From NCBI GenBank assembly GCA_022813965.1, contig JALDZS010000038.1, positions 1-64,000 on the forward strand: a DNA stretch of 64,000 bases, in the 5' to 3' direction. A program made the translations under genes and the position numbers. The DNA comes from Toensbergia leucococca (Eukaryota). The notes beneath the pieces were generated by a model. The model saw only the letters and a list, made by a program, of their open reading frames with translations. It did not search any database and was not told where the DNA came from. The first letter of the stretch is position 1. Each line of letters begins with the position of its first letter. Of the stretch, positions 37,009 through 49,915 are shown one piece after another.

Positions 37009-38590
37009 TCATGGGGAACGTCTGCTCTGGGACTCGCCGCTTCGATAGTCGAACCCCGGTTCCCAGATTTCGGGTTGGAAATTCTCGTTCCTAAAGTGGG
37101 CTGGCGTTTCTCCGGCGCTGGGCTCGTCAATTGTGCTGCGATAAGTGTACTGGACAGACGGGACTCACTCACCGCTTCATGGGTTCAGTTTGACAAGGTT
37201 CGATGGGGCCGGGCGATTGGTTATATTCCGGGCTCATGTATATCGAACGTCGGAAGTTATTAGGCGTCCGGGGAGTATCTGTAGGGTTGTAGTCTGATGC
37301 GGGCGTAGACACTGTCGGTGCTAGCGCACGTGTGAAATCCTCGCTGGCATATGCGTTGTTTTCATCGACTGGAAAATACGAGGCACCAGGAATATTCCAG
37401 CTCATCATTGAATCAATGTCGATCCCACCCAGTGCATAATCGAACGTGGGCTCTGCAGTGAACGAGCTATACGAAGACATGGATTGAACCTGGAGGTTGA
37501 CATTTTCCGGAATATCTTCCAACTTATATAGCATGTCGTAATGACCACTGTGTCTCATCAGCATTAATTTGTCCACCCGGGTAAGCATCGCAGACGTACG
37601 GCCGATATAATAATCGTATTGTGCCGCCATCTAGCGATTCGATCCCACCACCGGGTATCGGCGGTGCCCAATGAAATTCGTTGGCTTCCTCGCTGTTGCT
37701 GCGGTCTAGGTATAAGACATCAACGGAGATGCCTGCGGGGTACATGATTGCTTTTATGAGAGCATCCATGCTATAGTGCTCAATTTCGACGGCAAAAGGG
37801 ATAATGCTAAGGTTGCAATACTGGTCTACGGTCTTATCAGGTAACCAGGGCTGATATTCGGCTTCGTGTGCTCTCATCCATACGGCTGTGATGAGCTGAT
37901 GCATTTTAGATAGCGACGACCCGGATCTATCTGGCATTTTTCACTAACCTTGAAGTATACAATGATAGCGCTGGATACATAAGGCTCATTGAAGCTAGCC
38001 AGTAGAGCTGATTCTTCATCTTGACTGTGAAGATTTGCAGCAGTCCGTGTGAGCAGCAAATGTGTCTCTTCAGCAAAATCCTTCCAATACATCTTTGCTG
38101 CATCAAAGAGAGGATGGAAGGCCTCAAGCCTTGCTTTCTCTGCTCTGAACTTTGCTGGATCGCCAGATCGGATAAGGGCCTCAAAATAGCCATAGGCAAG
38201 AGCTTGCCGTATTCAGCTATAAACTTTCTAAAGGCGTTGACGTGTGAAAAGCAACACCTACCTCGCCAACCACAAGTACCGTCTCCTTTAATTTTGCGGT
38301 AATGGGAAAACCTTTGCGGCAGAGCCTGTTTGAGACACGGTCAACAAAGAGAGCGCAACGCAGCACATGAGAACGAGGCGTACAGTTGTTTTTCGCACGT
38401 AAATTGAATCGCCCTGGGCATACTCGGCAGTGATTGCGTGGCTTAGCAGGCGTGGTCCGACAAGAGTTCCCTGCAAATGTAATCAGAGGGGAGACATAAC
38501 AAGGGAAGATATTGGTGGTAGTACGTCAATGTCAGGCTCAGGAAGTCCCGACAACGTGTCCATGCCTACCATTTCCTCTTCTAAATCCAT
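37009..38590 (-). CDS. Otubain-like deubiquitinase (peptidase C65), multi-exon
   Basis: YRKIKGDGTCGWRALAYGYFEAL, EIEH, IRLLYRP-GHYDMLY, last exon AHFRNENFQPEIWEP. The start codon is tentative. Confidence 0.85.
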
Positions 38591-39627
38591 ATCGATGAAG
38601 CTTTTTGATCGGGGTAATGGTCACAAGGTGCCTTTTATGGCATAGATCCTACGAGGAGTCTTATGTGGCTTTTGAGAAGAGGGGGAAGCGGTGAATTCAA
38701 GGCTAGTACGCCTTGTCGATATCTTCACTTGAGGCGGTAGATGGTGACTACATTCATGAAAACGGGAAGGGGATGTGAAGAGGACAAGTGGAAGTAGAGT
38801 ATCGTGAACAATTCAATGTCACTGTTGGCGGAACCGACGTGCCGAGGTGCTGCTTCCTATGCTGCTGTTGTCCGATGCCACATGTTCTATGCATGAAGAC
38901 TGCGAAGGATTATCACAATCGATCAGTATAGTAAGCGCAATAGCAATGGCAGATGGGAATGGGAATGGGATTGGGACTGGGAATGTTGGTGATGATAGGT
39001 AATATTGAGATGGCCGATGAGATTATTTATGACGGGACATATTGGAAGGTTGGCGATAACGTGGGGCTGGACTAGCAAGCTGCAAGCTATCTCTGTCCAG
39101 GAATGCTCGAACCCGTATTCTGTTGACCAGCAGCTCGGAGAGTCATAGCTGCCTCGATCATGCAGCATGGAAGCACTGAAACTCATCCCAATGGCCAATG
39201 GCATGCAGACTGCTGATGTGCAGAATCCATACTCCACCTTATCATTTTTCTGCCCACAATATTCCACCATCATCGTCTACCTATTGGCTGCCGCCACCAC
39301 CGCATCCCACATGAACCCCAGAACTTGCAGGCATTGAGGCCAGTGCATCCACTGCTGCCACCGTAGTCCGCACCCACCTAATCTGTGCCGGCTAGCTGCA
39401 TAAATCTTCCTTCCCGCCACATGGTACTCTTGAAGTATTTGTTCGCCAAAGCCAGCCAACAGAATGTCCAGCACTGCATCAAACCGCTTGTGACTGCTGT
39501 GAGCACACGAGCGTTCCCTGTCTCCTGCACACCCTCCTTCATACCTAATCACGATGGGGCATTGCCCTTCCCACACTCCGATGCCACCGATTGGTTTTCG
39601 TCCAGGGCCGACCCGTACATGTTCGCA

Positions 39628-41374
39628 TCACTTGAATGTCACCATTGGTTGTCTCCCTGTTATTCCCTTCTTCCCCCCGCCTCTGCTCTTTCCAGAACCA
39701 TTGGGTCCCTGCAACAGACTATTGACATCATATGACGCTTGTATACCTCCTCCCAAGATTTGAGAAGACTCATCCGACTTGAATCCTTCTCCCTCATTCA
39801 GGATCCTTTTCCAAAGCGATCCAACAGCTGATGTCCATTGCTGCATCGAATGTGTACGATCCACGTCGTTATGACTCTCAACCTCCACCGTGCTATTCTC
39901 CTGATTGATCTTCCCTCGCAGCTTCTTATCAACAATCAAGAATCCAACTATGTCTTGCACTTCAGCCACGGAAATTTTAAGCTGCTGGGCGACAAATGCC
40001 AAGTTGAATCGAGTATAAGGAGCGATGAGCTTCAAAACTGCCTTTGTCCGCATGTTTCGAGTGACTTCATCAATGTTTTCTGCGATGAATGGGTCTGCTA
40101 GGACATCCGTGTTGTTCTGGAGAATTGACTCGTATCGATGAATATCATCCCGCTGATAGGCATCGACTAAATCCGTCATGGCCGAGATGCGCGGATCGTT
40201 CTTGTATGGCTTGGTTTCTTGTGAATCAAAAGGGTTGATGTCGGATTTCATAAGCATCGTAGTCAGGACAAGATATTTCAATACTTGTATGCGCTGTAAC
40301 GATCCCGCTTCGTCGTAATTCTTGAACGAGTCGAAAAAGTCACTCTGTGCTTGCTTCCAATTCTCTATGTTGTGTCAGAATAAAGTCAAGCTGTAGTTCA
40401 AGATGACCTTTCACCTTCGCTCATATGCATTTTGCCCCCACATTCTCGGATAATACCTAGATTCTTCGGATGTGGAACTGCTGATTTGATTTTCAACGCT
40501 CGCTGGTAAAGAGCCTTCGGACATGATTAGTCTTGCCTATCTGACCGGAAAGGCGAGTTACCTTCAACCGCTTATTGTTCCTCGTATCGGCATACATCTG
40601 AATCTCCAAAGCATATATTTCTATTGAATATGTGTCTTTGCTAGGGTCATCGGTCCCATCCTCCCTTTGGCATGCCTTATGAAGATCTCGAACTTTCTTC
40701 ACCAACTGTGTATACTCCCTCCGATCCAGCCAAAGCCGAGCAAGCTTGATGTTTGTCTTCAGCCACAATCTCTCGTTGTTCGTACTCTGAAATGACTCAA
40801 GCGTTTGCGAGTAAAACTTCTCCATGCAGTGGTACGCCTTCTCGTCCTCGGAGCCCTTTTCGATAAAATCAAGCATATTGTTGATAGACTTCTCTGAATA
40901 GTTCCGTGTGACTGCTGACTTCACATACGTGAGCAGTTCACGATAGTGTTCTACTGCCTGGAGATACCTGTTAACTAATAGACCAGTTATAAATGCACAT
41001 CACTGTACCTTTTCGTATCGTCCAAGCTTGAACTCGAGCTTTATTGCTTGCTTCAAACCTTTGAATCCCCTTGGAAGTGTCAGAAACTGGTTCAAGCACA
41101 ATATCAGACTACAACCAACCAGTCGCCTTTCTCCTGCTCTAGCCCAGGCAAGCCTAGAAACTCATCTATAGCTTCATCAGGGTTGTCAACCTTCATCTGC
41201 TTCGCATTGTAGTATTTATTCTCAATATTGACATCTCCTGTTTCTTCCTCGTCATCGTCCTCATACTCAAAATCATACCTGGCATATATAATTAACGTGT
41301 GTTGAGCAGTGGTGAGCTCTGGCTTTGACTCACTGTTCTTGATCTGAATCTTGCATGAAATCATCGTCGGACAT
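39628..41374 (-). CDS. CSN2: COP9 signalosome subunit 2
   Basis: [70 protein letters not shown] domain. Confidence 0.95.
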
Positions 41375-41752
41375 CGTGAACGACAAGTCGCTTCCAGTTA
41401 CCTTGAACAAATATCCCAAGCGCTGAGCGAGTACCCGCTTAAGTAGGTCAATTTCAGAATTTTCGATCGGATAACAGTGTTGTTCAGTCATTTGCTTCAA
41501 TCTTGAACGATCGACGTCCCTAGCGTAGGGCGTAGTCTAGTTTTCTTAGCCGCCGATATCGGGATACTCCGTCTTTTAATATTTACTTCTTCACCAAGCA
41601 GAAAAGGACATGATCAGAGGCTGAAGAATAATATATATAATATACATTTGACATTGAATTTCTTTGAATAAATCAGACAATCAAAGCCCTTCTTTTTGAG
41701 GCCAGTTCATAGCCTGAGCCAACCATGAAAAACCTTTAAATCTAACCAGTAC

Positions 41753-43480
41753 CTACTTCCTCACCTCCTCCCTTCCCGCGTTACCCTCTCCGTCCATAAA
41801 CCCTGCAGCTTCCAGCCACTTGAAACCCTCCTCAACAACCCACCTCCCGCTGCCCCTTCCTACCAAAACTTCGCAGCTCCATCCCACGATCAGCAGCCCA
41901 GGCGGTCTGCTGCCCTCTTCCTCCACTGCCGCGCATATGTCCCTCAGCGTACTACGGATGACGCGCTGATCGGGGCAGGAGGCGCGTTCGACGACTGCAC
42001 AAGGAATTTCTAGAGGCCAGGGGTGGGGATTTGGGGGAGGAGTTGGGCTAGAGGTGGTGGTGTCTGAAGGGTTTGTACTGTTTGGAGAAGTAGTGGGCAT
42101 GCTGGCGGTCAACGATTCGATGAGCGAGAAGAGCCGATGCAGCGACATGAGGAAGATGATGGTTTGCGTGGGCATGTAGGCGGGCGGGTCTGGCGAAGCG
42201 CCTTTGCGGCCGGTACCAGTGCAGATGAGGACTTGGTCAGCGACGCTGCGGTGGGTGGGCGGAATGGCGGCGAAAAGTGGCGCTGATAGTGCGGATGTAA
42301 TGCCTGGGAGGACGAGAGGTGTGAAGCCGTTTGAGCGGAAAAATGTGTATTCCTCGCCGCCACGGCCGTAAATGTAAGGGTCGCCTTGCTTGAGGCGCAA
42401 GACTGTGGAACCTTTTCGAAGGGCGGCGAGGCCAAGGGTGAGAAGTTCCGTTTGAGCGGCTTCGGCGTTGCCGGGAAATTTCCGCGCGATGTGAACGGGA
42501 GTGCGGCGGGGGATGAGGTCGAGGATTTGGGAGGGGACGAGCTTGTCGGCGAGAATCAGGTCAGCGCTTTGAATGGCACGGTGGGTGGCTAGGGTTAGGA
42601 GAGATGGGGAGCCGGGACCGGAACCAGCGAGAATGATTTGAGGTGGGTGGTTAGTGCGAGTGTCGAGGGTTGTAGTTGAGATGGGTGGGAGTGAGGGGTC
42701 TGTTGGGTTCATGTAGGATTTGAGGGTTATGTCAATATCGGCGTCTGTGATTGAGGCGAGCCGGCGGAGAGGCCAGTATTCACATATTTGGGAAAGCCAG
42801 CGCATGCGGCGGGTTTTAGCGACGTTGTGATCGGATTCGGTGACTAATTGGTTGAAGGTAGATTTCTGCGCTGAGGCATCGTCGTCTTCGATTTTCTGAG
42901 TTGGGTCTTCGTCCAAGTGGGCACGGTGGTCTTCTTCCCATATTCGCCGTCTTATGATGCCCAGGCGTTCGACAGCGGCGCCGAAATTAGGAGGTAGGGT
43001 AGAAGCTATTTCTCGTTTGATACGTGAGGCAAGCCTACAGCCTTTGCCCGATGTGGTGATTCCTATTTGTAGAGGTCCGTCGGAGTGGGTAGATAAGATG
43101 GTGAATGTACATAATTCGGGGGCATCGGCGACGTTCACAGGTACACGCTTGCGCCGGCATAAGGTGGAGATGTGTGTACTAGGCGTGGTCTTCCCGGTCG
43201 ATGTAACAAACACGGCATCCACCACATTATCCACCTCATCCCTCCCGAGACGTTCTACATCCTCATCTTCGAAAACCTTCCGAATCCACTCCACCTCTCC
43301 AATCTCGATTCGCTTCATCAGAGCATAGTGTACTTCGGCATCTGCGGGTACAATGACCTTTGGCTTGGCTCCAACCTCGATGCTCTTGGTACACCTTGCG
43401 CTTGCCAATGGATTTGATCCAATAATTAAATGGACATGGTCTGTAGAATCTTGGGCTGTGAGCAAGGGAACTGCCATCAT
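41753..43480 (-). CDS. MET1: Uroporphyrinogen-III C-methyltransferase / siroheme synthase
   Basis: N-terminal VNVADAPELCTF…GPLQIGITT region, then LAGSGPG, ADKLVP, RLKQGDPYIYGRGGEE and PGITSA methyltransferase motifs. Confidence 0.92.
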   Translation of the reverse strand: MMAVPLLTAQDSTDHVHLIIGSNPLASARCTKSIEVGAKPKVIVPADAEVHYALMKRIEIGEVEWIRKVFEDEDVERLGRDEVDNVVDAVFVTSTGKTTPSTHISTLCRRKRVPVNVADAPELCTFTILSTHSDGPLQIGITTSGKGCRLASRIKREIASTLPPNFGAAVERLGIIRRRIWEEDHRAHLDEDPTQKIEDDDASAQKSTFNQLVTESDHNVAKTRRMRWLSQICEYWPLRRLASITDADIDITLKSYMNPTDPSLPPISTTTLDTRTNHPPQIILAGSGPGSPSLLTLATHRAIQSADLILADKLVPSQILDLIPRRTPVHIARKFPGNAEAAQTELLTLGLAALRKGSTVLRLKQGDPYIYGRGGEEYTFFRSNGFTPLVLPGITSALSAPLFAAIPPTHRSVADQVLICTGTGRKGASPDPPAYMPTQTIIFLMSLHRLFSLIESLTASMPTTSPNSTNPSDTTTSSPTPPPNPHPWPLEIPCAVVERASCPDQRVIRSTLRDICAAVEEEGSRPPGLLIVGWSCEVLVGRGSGRWVVEEGFKWLEAAGFMDGEGNAGREEVRK

Positions 43481-44346
43481 AGATGCTTAAAAGAAATCCG
43501 GGTAATCCAGGAACTGGGTGGCTTGATAGATGTTTCTTGAAAGAGATAGGAATGCTTCTGTAGATAAAGCGCAGGAGTAGCTCGTTGGCTGTTCTAATCA
43601 AGAAGAAGAGGGTTTCCAGCACTATGAGAAGTAATAGATGGCGAAGAACATTTGAACATGTCATAGAGGGTTGTACAGTATATCGAGTTTCAAGGAACGT
43701 AATATTCGGCCGATAGCAGAAAGTACATCATCTTTAGCCTCAAAGAAGACACTCCGGAGATGACGATTTCCATGGTGAAGAGTGATCCGGTGTGTGGGGC
43801 AAAGATTCAGATAAAACTCTTTTGCCGATAAGATGAGGTCAAGTTTGGCGTAAGGCTGAGCTAGTCCGAGGAGTTGTGGTCCAAACCCTAATCAATTAGG
43901 TACGGATAGGTTGCCCCTGATCGAATAGAGTGGACATCCTTCCCTATCACTAGAGGCTGCTTTTCTCATAAGGATATCTGATATTATGCAGGGTAGGTCA
44001 GTAGAAACAATGATGGCCTTTATGTACTGATGGACATTGTATCAGTTATTCAAGTCGCGCCAACACGACTTATTCTAGTTCTAGAGCGAATCCCCAATCC
44101 CCCTTAAACACAATATCTTGAGGACATGGGTCCATGGCTGTATATTATTTTCACAGTCATCCTGCAAGTCAAGGACGCTTTAGATTGATCAAAGATGAAG
44201 GATTCGGTAAGTTGGATGCAGATGCTGTTTAATCTCTTCGTCCTCGTAGTCCAGCTATCATATTCCGTAGCTATTAGTCCATGGGAATAACATGAGGAAT
44301 ATTCAGGGGTGAAGATTTCAAATCCCATTCTCTTCATCTCCATGAA

Positions 44347-45385
44347 TCAGTCCGCACCAGCCGGCTCGGCATCGTACCTTCTACCATGACCTCCAGCCAT
44401 ACTATCAAGAATACTCCTTGCCTCCTTCATGATACCCACTCCGCTACTAGTACCAATCCTCTGGGCACCAGCTTCCATCATCATCACACAGTCCTTTACA
44501 GTCTTGACCCCTCCGCTCGCCTTCACTTTCACTCCTTTTCCAACGACAGATTTCATTAATCTGACGTCTTTTTCTGTGGCGCCACCGCCATTGAAACCAG
44601 TACTAGTTTTGACAAAATCAGCCCCTGCTGCTTCAGCAATTTTACAGCCGGCGACAATGACATCGTTGCTAGAGAGTTGCGACGTCTCTAAAATGACCTT
44701 CAAAATGACCGGGGCAGGCGCGCTGCTACGGACCGCTGCAATGTCCATATATACATCTGAATAGTTCTTCTGTTTCAGTCGAACATGGTTTAAAACCATG
44801 TCAAGCTCACGAGCTCCTGCAGCAACAGCATTAACCGCTTCTCTGTTATCCTGTAAGTTTCATGTGATTGTCTGTAGGATTGAATCCCACCGTCTTCTTA
44901 CTTGACTTTTTCGGGGATATTATAGTCCCCTTCGTGGAACCCTACAACACAGGCTACCACCACTGAGGAGCCGCGGAGGTTGTAGATGGCTCGATCTACC
45001 CATTTCAGTCGTACGCAAACAGACTGTGGGAGAGGTCATCAGCCTCGCAATACTAGATTCAATCAGAAGTATCAGAAGAATAATAAAGATTCAACAAAAT
45101 AAATCAAATGCTGAAAGACACAAGTATTGCACTGACAAAAGGGCTCATCAACAGGACAGAAGGACAGAAAATATTCACCTTGAAATGATATTGTCTGGCC
45201 TCATCACAGAGTTGATCGACTTGCTCCTTGGTTGCATCCAGCCGTAACAAAGTATGATCTATGCACTGTGCAAAATCTTCAGATCCAAGATCTGGCACCT
45301 TGTAGTTAGTGTTCACCCCTGGAAGATCTCGCAACGCTTCATCAATTATACGAAGCCATTCGTCCTGAGTATTTCCCGTCGTCAT
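44347..45385 (-). CDS. Deoxyribose-phosphate aldolase (DERA/DeoC), multi-exon
   Basis: IDHTLL, SVCVR, VVGFHEG, ELDMV, LKVILET, ADFVKTSTGF, VKASGGV, RIGTSSG. Confidence 0.92.
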
Positions 45386-45918
45386 AATTTATGTCCGTGG
45401 AAAGCCCCAGATCTGTTGGAATTTCCCCGGTTTCCGGGTCACAACAGATTCGAACGCCTCTCAATTTCGAGAAACAAGATCCCACAGGCACCTTTACCTG
45501 CTTGCAAACTTCAAGACCTCGGAATTTTGTGGTTTTTGGACCGCTCCGATATTGTCCAGCGAAGTTGACTTTGCCTCAAGACTACGACAATAATTTCCAC
45601 TTTTAGCAGAAATGGAAATTGACGTAAGGAAGGAAATGCGGCAGATGCGAAGAGAATTTCCCTCACTTTTCAGGTAGATGAATGGGAAATACACTTGGTA
45701 GGGTCTCCAGGCCCTTTAGAAGAGCGCGAGACTCCTTATCTGAAACCCTGAACAATAACTCTTACAAACTGAAGCCTTTTGTTGTCCCAGAGTATAAATG
45801 TACATATTGATGAGGTGGTTGTGGTGGAACGGACGGCGCGAGAACACAGTCTAGGTGGAAAGGTTCGTAGGGCTGACACCTCGAACCAAAGACAAAACGC
45901 CTTCACTTCTTAGCATTA

Positions 45919-46689
45919 ATGCACCTCCACTACCTCCACCTCCCAAATCTAACTCCCTACCTCCGTGCCTCCACTGTACAATCCCAACTCCTCATTCCCC
46001 ACCTCCAGCGCAAAGCCATCCCTCATCCTCTCCGCCGCGCCCACAAGCCCCCACCCCCAACCCTTCTAACCTTCCAAACCCCCCCAACATATACCTGTGG
46101 CCGGCGCGAGATCGGCACCCTTTCCCCATCCCAAATCTCCCACCTCGAGTGCTCCGGAGCAGCTGAATTCCACGAAGCTTTCCGCGGAGGACAAACCACT
46201 TTTCATGGCCCGGGCCAGCTGACGGCTTATCTGATACTGTCGCTCGACGCGCACGGACTTTCCGTGCGGAGCTATGTGCGACTACTCGAAAGCGCGATTA
46301 TAGATACTTGTGCGGTGTATGGGATCGGGGGATTTACGACGGAGAATCCCGGGGTATGGACGAGCGCCGGGGATAAAATTGCGAGTGTTGGGGTGCATTT
46401 GAGGCGCGGTATTGCGAGCCATGGGATTGGGCTCAATGTCAGTACTGATTTGGGATGGTTTGAGAGGATCGTGGCATGTGGGCTTGTGGGGAAGAGGGCG
46501 ACGAGTTTTGAGAGGGAGGGTGTGAAGGGAAAGGGAGTGGAAGAGGTGGGAAGGGTCTTTGCGGAAAGGGTGCGAGCACGACTGAAGTATGTCGACGAAG
46601 TGGAGGCGGTTAGCGAGGCCTATATTTTGGGAACGGGGGCATCGTTGGAAAGGAAAGATGAAATGAAAGATGAAATGAAAGATGACTGA
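45919..46689 (+). CDS. LIP2: Lipoyl(octanoyl) transferase (LipB-like)
   Basis: PTYTCGRR, RGGQTTFHGPGQL, PGVW, KIASVGVH, SHGIGLNV, IVACGL. Confidence 0.92.
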   Translation: MHLHYLHLPNLTPYLRASTVQSQLLIPHLQRKAIPHPLRRAHKPPPPTLLTFQTPPTYTCGRREIGTLSPSQISHLECSGAAEFHEAFRGGQTTFHGPGQLTAYLILSLDAHGLSVRSYVRLLESAIIDTCAVYGIGGFTTENPGVWTSAGDKIASVGVHLRRGIASHGIGLNVSTDLGWFERIVACGLVGKRATSFEREGVKGKGVEEVGRVFAERVRARLKYVDEVEAVSEAYILGTGASLERKDEMKDEMKDD

Positions 46690-47241
46690 ATGAGAGAAAT
46701 AATGGCTAGGGCTTCATTTGTTGCATGCAGACCTTTCAGCAAAGAGATGGGTATGAAGGAGTGCAACAAACATGAGAGCAGATCGACCTTAAGGTTCCGG
46801 AAGGAGCGTTTTTGGATGATTTAGAAGAGAATGTCGGAGTGAAGGTGTATCATACCAGATCCCTCAATATGTTGCGGCTTGAATAAGTAGATTTACTATG
46901 CGCATTACTATACGCCGTTCATTAATTGTACCTTCCAGCACATCACTTCGATTGCCCATCATAGTCTTTGGCACAGATTTCTGCTTCATGTGAAAAATCA
47001 TAAAGAATGTTTAAAATGACCCACCGTCGTTCCCCCTATACAAGATCGGACTATAGTACATATCATAGATACCCAAGAACACGACATCCAATGCAACACC
47101 TGCTATCCATAACCGGATCACTACCAAACAATGCCGATCCAACATACTGTAACGAAAATAGTATAGCGGGAGCTTTCGAAGCTGCCACCAGAGGAAGGAA
47201 GAAGGGGGCGCCGTGATACCCATAAGGAGAAGAAAAAATGA

Positions 47242-48302
47242 CTACATGACAGAGCAGCCGCTGCCACTTTTGGTACCGCTAGGACCTTTGACTGAGAGGG
47301 CGACTCGCGCGGCTTCTGTAAAGGCTTCATTGACACCTCGGTTTCGTTTCGCGGAACATTCTGTACAGTAGTCAGGATGAAGGTTTTGCTACCTTCCAAT
47401 CTCTGCATCGTTCGAAGTTGTCCAATATCTACCTAGATAACGTAGAGCTTGTATTCGCCTCGCGACCTCAAGCCCCTGCTTGTAATCAATCATATCCTTC
47501 TCTTTCCGTATTTGCGCTTGGTCGATCTCCGCCGTCTCATCATCATCGTCCGTATGCTTTTCTCGCAGATCGCATTTCAATGCAACGAGCACTAGCTTGA
47601 CGCCTTGGCAGTTCTCCGCTATTTCGCTCACCCACTTCGATTCAACATTCTCTAGAGAATCTTTGGAGTCAACCTGATATGTGAATCAGACAGTGTTTCG
47701 TGGATGGGTCAATTTAGGAGTGCGAACACTAAAGCAGAGCATTATTGTGTGGGTGTCATCGTAGGATAGTGAGCGTAATCGGTCGAATTCTTCTTGCCCG
47801 GCTGTGTCCCATAATGAGAGTTCTATGTGGACATTGTCGACAAAAATGTCTAGTGGACATATGAGCCAGTCATTGACCAGATGAAAGGAAGCTTTACACA
47901 CCATGGACATAGTTTTCTACGATGTACTTCCATCAGTATTACAGGCTTGACACAATGGAGAAGGATGATAGTCACCGAATACCGTGGGCTCGCTGCGGCC
48001 GGACAAGAACGCCAGTCAATTGCAATATCGCAGGGATTGGATGCATAGATGCGACATACTAGACGGTGGGAAAGTATCTATGGGGGAAAAGGCGTCAGCA
48101 AAGACGTCGCAAATGTGGCACTCTCGCGCTCACCCTCGAGTAAAGACGTTCAATAAAGATGTTTTACCGCAGGCGCCATCACCTCTGTCATGCGGGGAAA
48201 CTCATCAGTATATGTCAAAGATGTGGAATTTCTGGAGAGCAAAAAGTCATACAGGAGGACTAGCTTGCGCTGAACCGTCTTGCCCCCACCGCAGAGAGGC
48301 AT
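47242..48302 (-). CDS. RHO3: Rho GTPase Rho3 (8 exons)
   Basis: [51 protein letters not shown]…[18 protein letters not shown]…ALKCDLR…ECSAK…CSVM (CAAX). Confidence 0.95.
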
Positions 48303-48730
48303 GACGAGGAAGCTCTGCAGTACTGTGCGGTACCTGCGTCCCTCGAGCTTTCTCGAGCTTTTACCAATGTGTATTGATGTGGGTATCCAAGCGACATCAA
48401 AGTAGGATTAGATTAGGAAACATCAACGAGAGCAGAGACTTGATTGCGCGCTAGATGATAGAACGGGAGATGTGCCACAGGGTTACGGAGTACAGAAGTC
48501 TAAATTTGGGAGATTGTCTGTGACTTTAGCTAGGTGACTGTGATTTCTTGCACAGATTCAGCTACATATTGATGTGATACTTTTGCGATCTTAGCACTTC
48601 AAAGACTTAATTTACGTGTGAAGGAAACCATGTTTGGCATTGAGAGGCGCTTTGAACAATTTGGATCGAATGAGATGATCTTTAATAAGAGCCATCTACT
48701 CGTTCATGATTCATGCAACACAGGTCATAT

Positions 48731-49915
48731 CTAGTAATCATCACGCTCCTTCTCCAACCCTCCTCTACCTCTTCGGATTCTCTCCCCAAGGTTTTCCTCC
48801 CCAGCTTTCCTATTAAGGCCGTTGACAAAATCTCCTTTCCCACCGTAATGTGCCGATCTCACCCTTGCAGCGTCGTCAGCCTCTTGACGGGCTTTCTCAC
48901 GTTCCACCATCGCAGCGATTCTCTTATCTCTATCATGGTCCAGCTCAGAAGCAGCTTGCTGCATTGCCGCGAGCTTGGCTGCTCGATCGTCAGGAGTCGG
49001 TGGTGTTGGGAGGGAAGTCCGGCCTGGAGATGGTGATTTGTGGTTCAATGGAGTACTCCAGCTCTTGCTCTGCTTGAGTTGTTTGTAGTCAGTACGCTCT
49101 CGAGTTGGCGATCGCGATCTCCTATAAGGCGATGGAGACCTCCGCCTGCTATAGCGCGGCGAGGGTGATCTGTGTCGGTAAGGTGACGGCGATCGTCGTC
49201 GGTCACGGGAGGGAGATCTTCTTCTATAAGTCGAAGGTGATCTAGAGTATGAAGGAGAATCTGATCGTCGCCTATGGTGATGCCTACTGTGACGATTGTA
49301 TCGATCCTCTTCGTCAGTCCGCCGCCTCTTCTGACTGCGATAGCCATCATCCCGCTCCTCGTGACGTCGATGTTTCCGGTGCTTTCGCTCCTTATCCTTG
49401 GGTTTCATATCCCCTCCTGCGGCTTCTATCAGCATCCGTCGCCTGGCGGGATCGTTCATCATGGCAGTGTATGCAGCTTGCTCCTTCTTCTTGATAGCTA
49501 ACATGGGATCTTCACGTATCTTCGAAGTCGTATCTCGTAGTGTATTCGCATTCTGTGTAACCATGTAGGAGTCCTCGGGGGCGGCTTTTTCAAGTTTCTT
49601 GCTCTCGGTGCCTTTGATAATGCCATCGACCCTCCTTTTACCAAGTAAATAGCCCTCCATCTCCTCGGTGGTGCCAGCGTGGCCACTTGAAGGACCGGAG
49701 TACATCCAGTCAACACGGTTCAGGCGCTTTTTGCCGCCAGCGGCTTCTTGCATATCCTGCAGCTCCTGGATCTGTCTCTCCTCTTGCCTCTCCTTCATCA
49801 TCTGGTCGATGCGCTTCCGCTCATCGAGAGCTTTTTTCTCCTCTTCCCATACGCGGCGTTGATTGCTCATGAGCACGGGGTGCCATGACTTCTTGAGATT
49901 GAGGTCTCCACCCAT
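48731..49915 (-). CDS. CWC25: Pre-mRNA splicing factor Cwc25
   Basis: MGGDLNLKKSWHP, RVDWMY, EGYLLGKR, REDPM, RS-rich region. Confidence 0.95.
   Translation of the reverse strand: MGGDLNLKKSWHPVLMSNQRRVWEEEKKALDERKRIDQMMKERQEERQIQELQDMQEAAGGKKRLNRVDWMYSGPSSGHAGTTEEMEGYLLGKRRVDGIIKGTESKKLEKAAPEDSYMVTQNANTLRDTTSKIREDPMLAIKKKEQAAYTAMMNDPARRRMLIEAAGGDMKPKDKERKHRKHRRHEERDDGYRSQKRRRTDEEDRYNRHSRHHHRRRSDSPSYSRSPSTYRRRSPSRDRRRSPSPYRHRSPSPRYSRRRSPSPYRRSRSPTRERTDYKQLKQSKSWSTPLNHKSPSPGRTSLPTPPTPDDRAAKLAAMQQAASELDHDRDKRIAAMVEREKARQEADDAARVRSAHYGGKGDFVNGLNRKAGEENLGERIRRGRGGLEKERDDY

Noticed and set aside
38923..39763. ORFs between otubain and CSN2
   Set aside because: No recognisable motifs or splice structure. 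Probably UTR or intergenic sequence.
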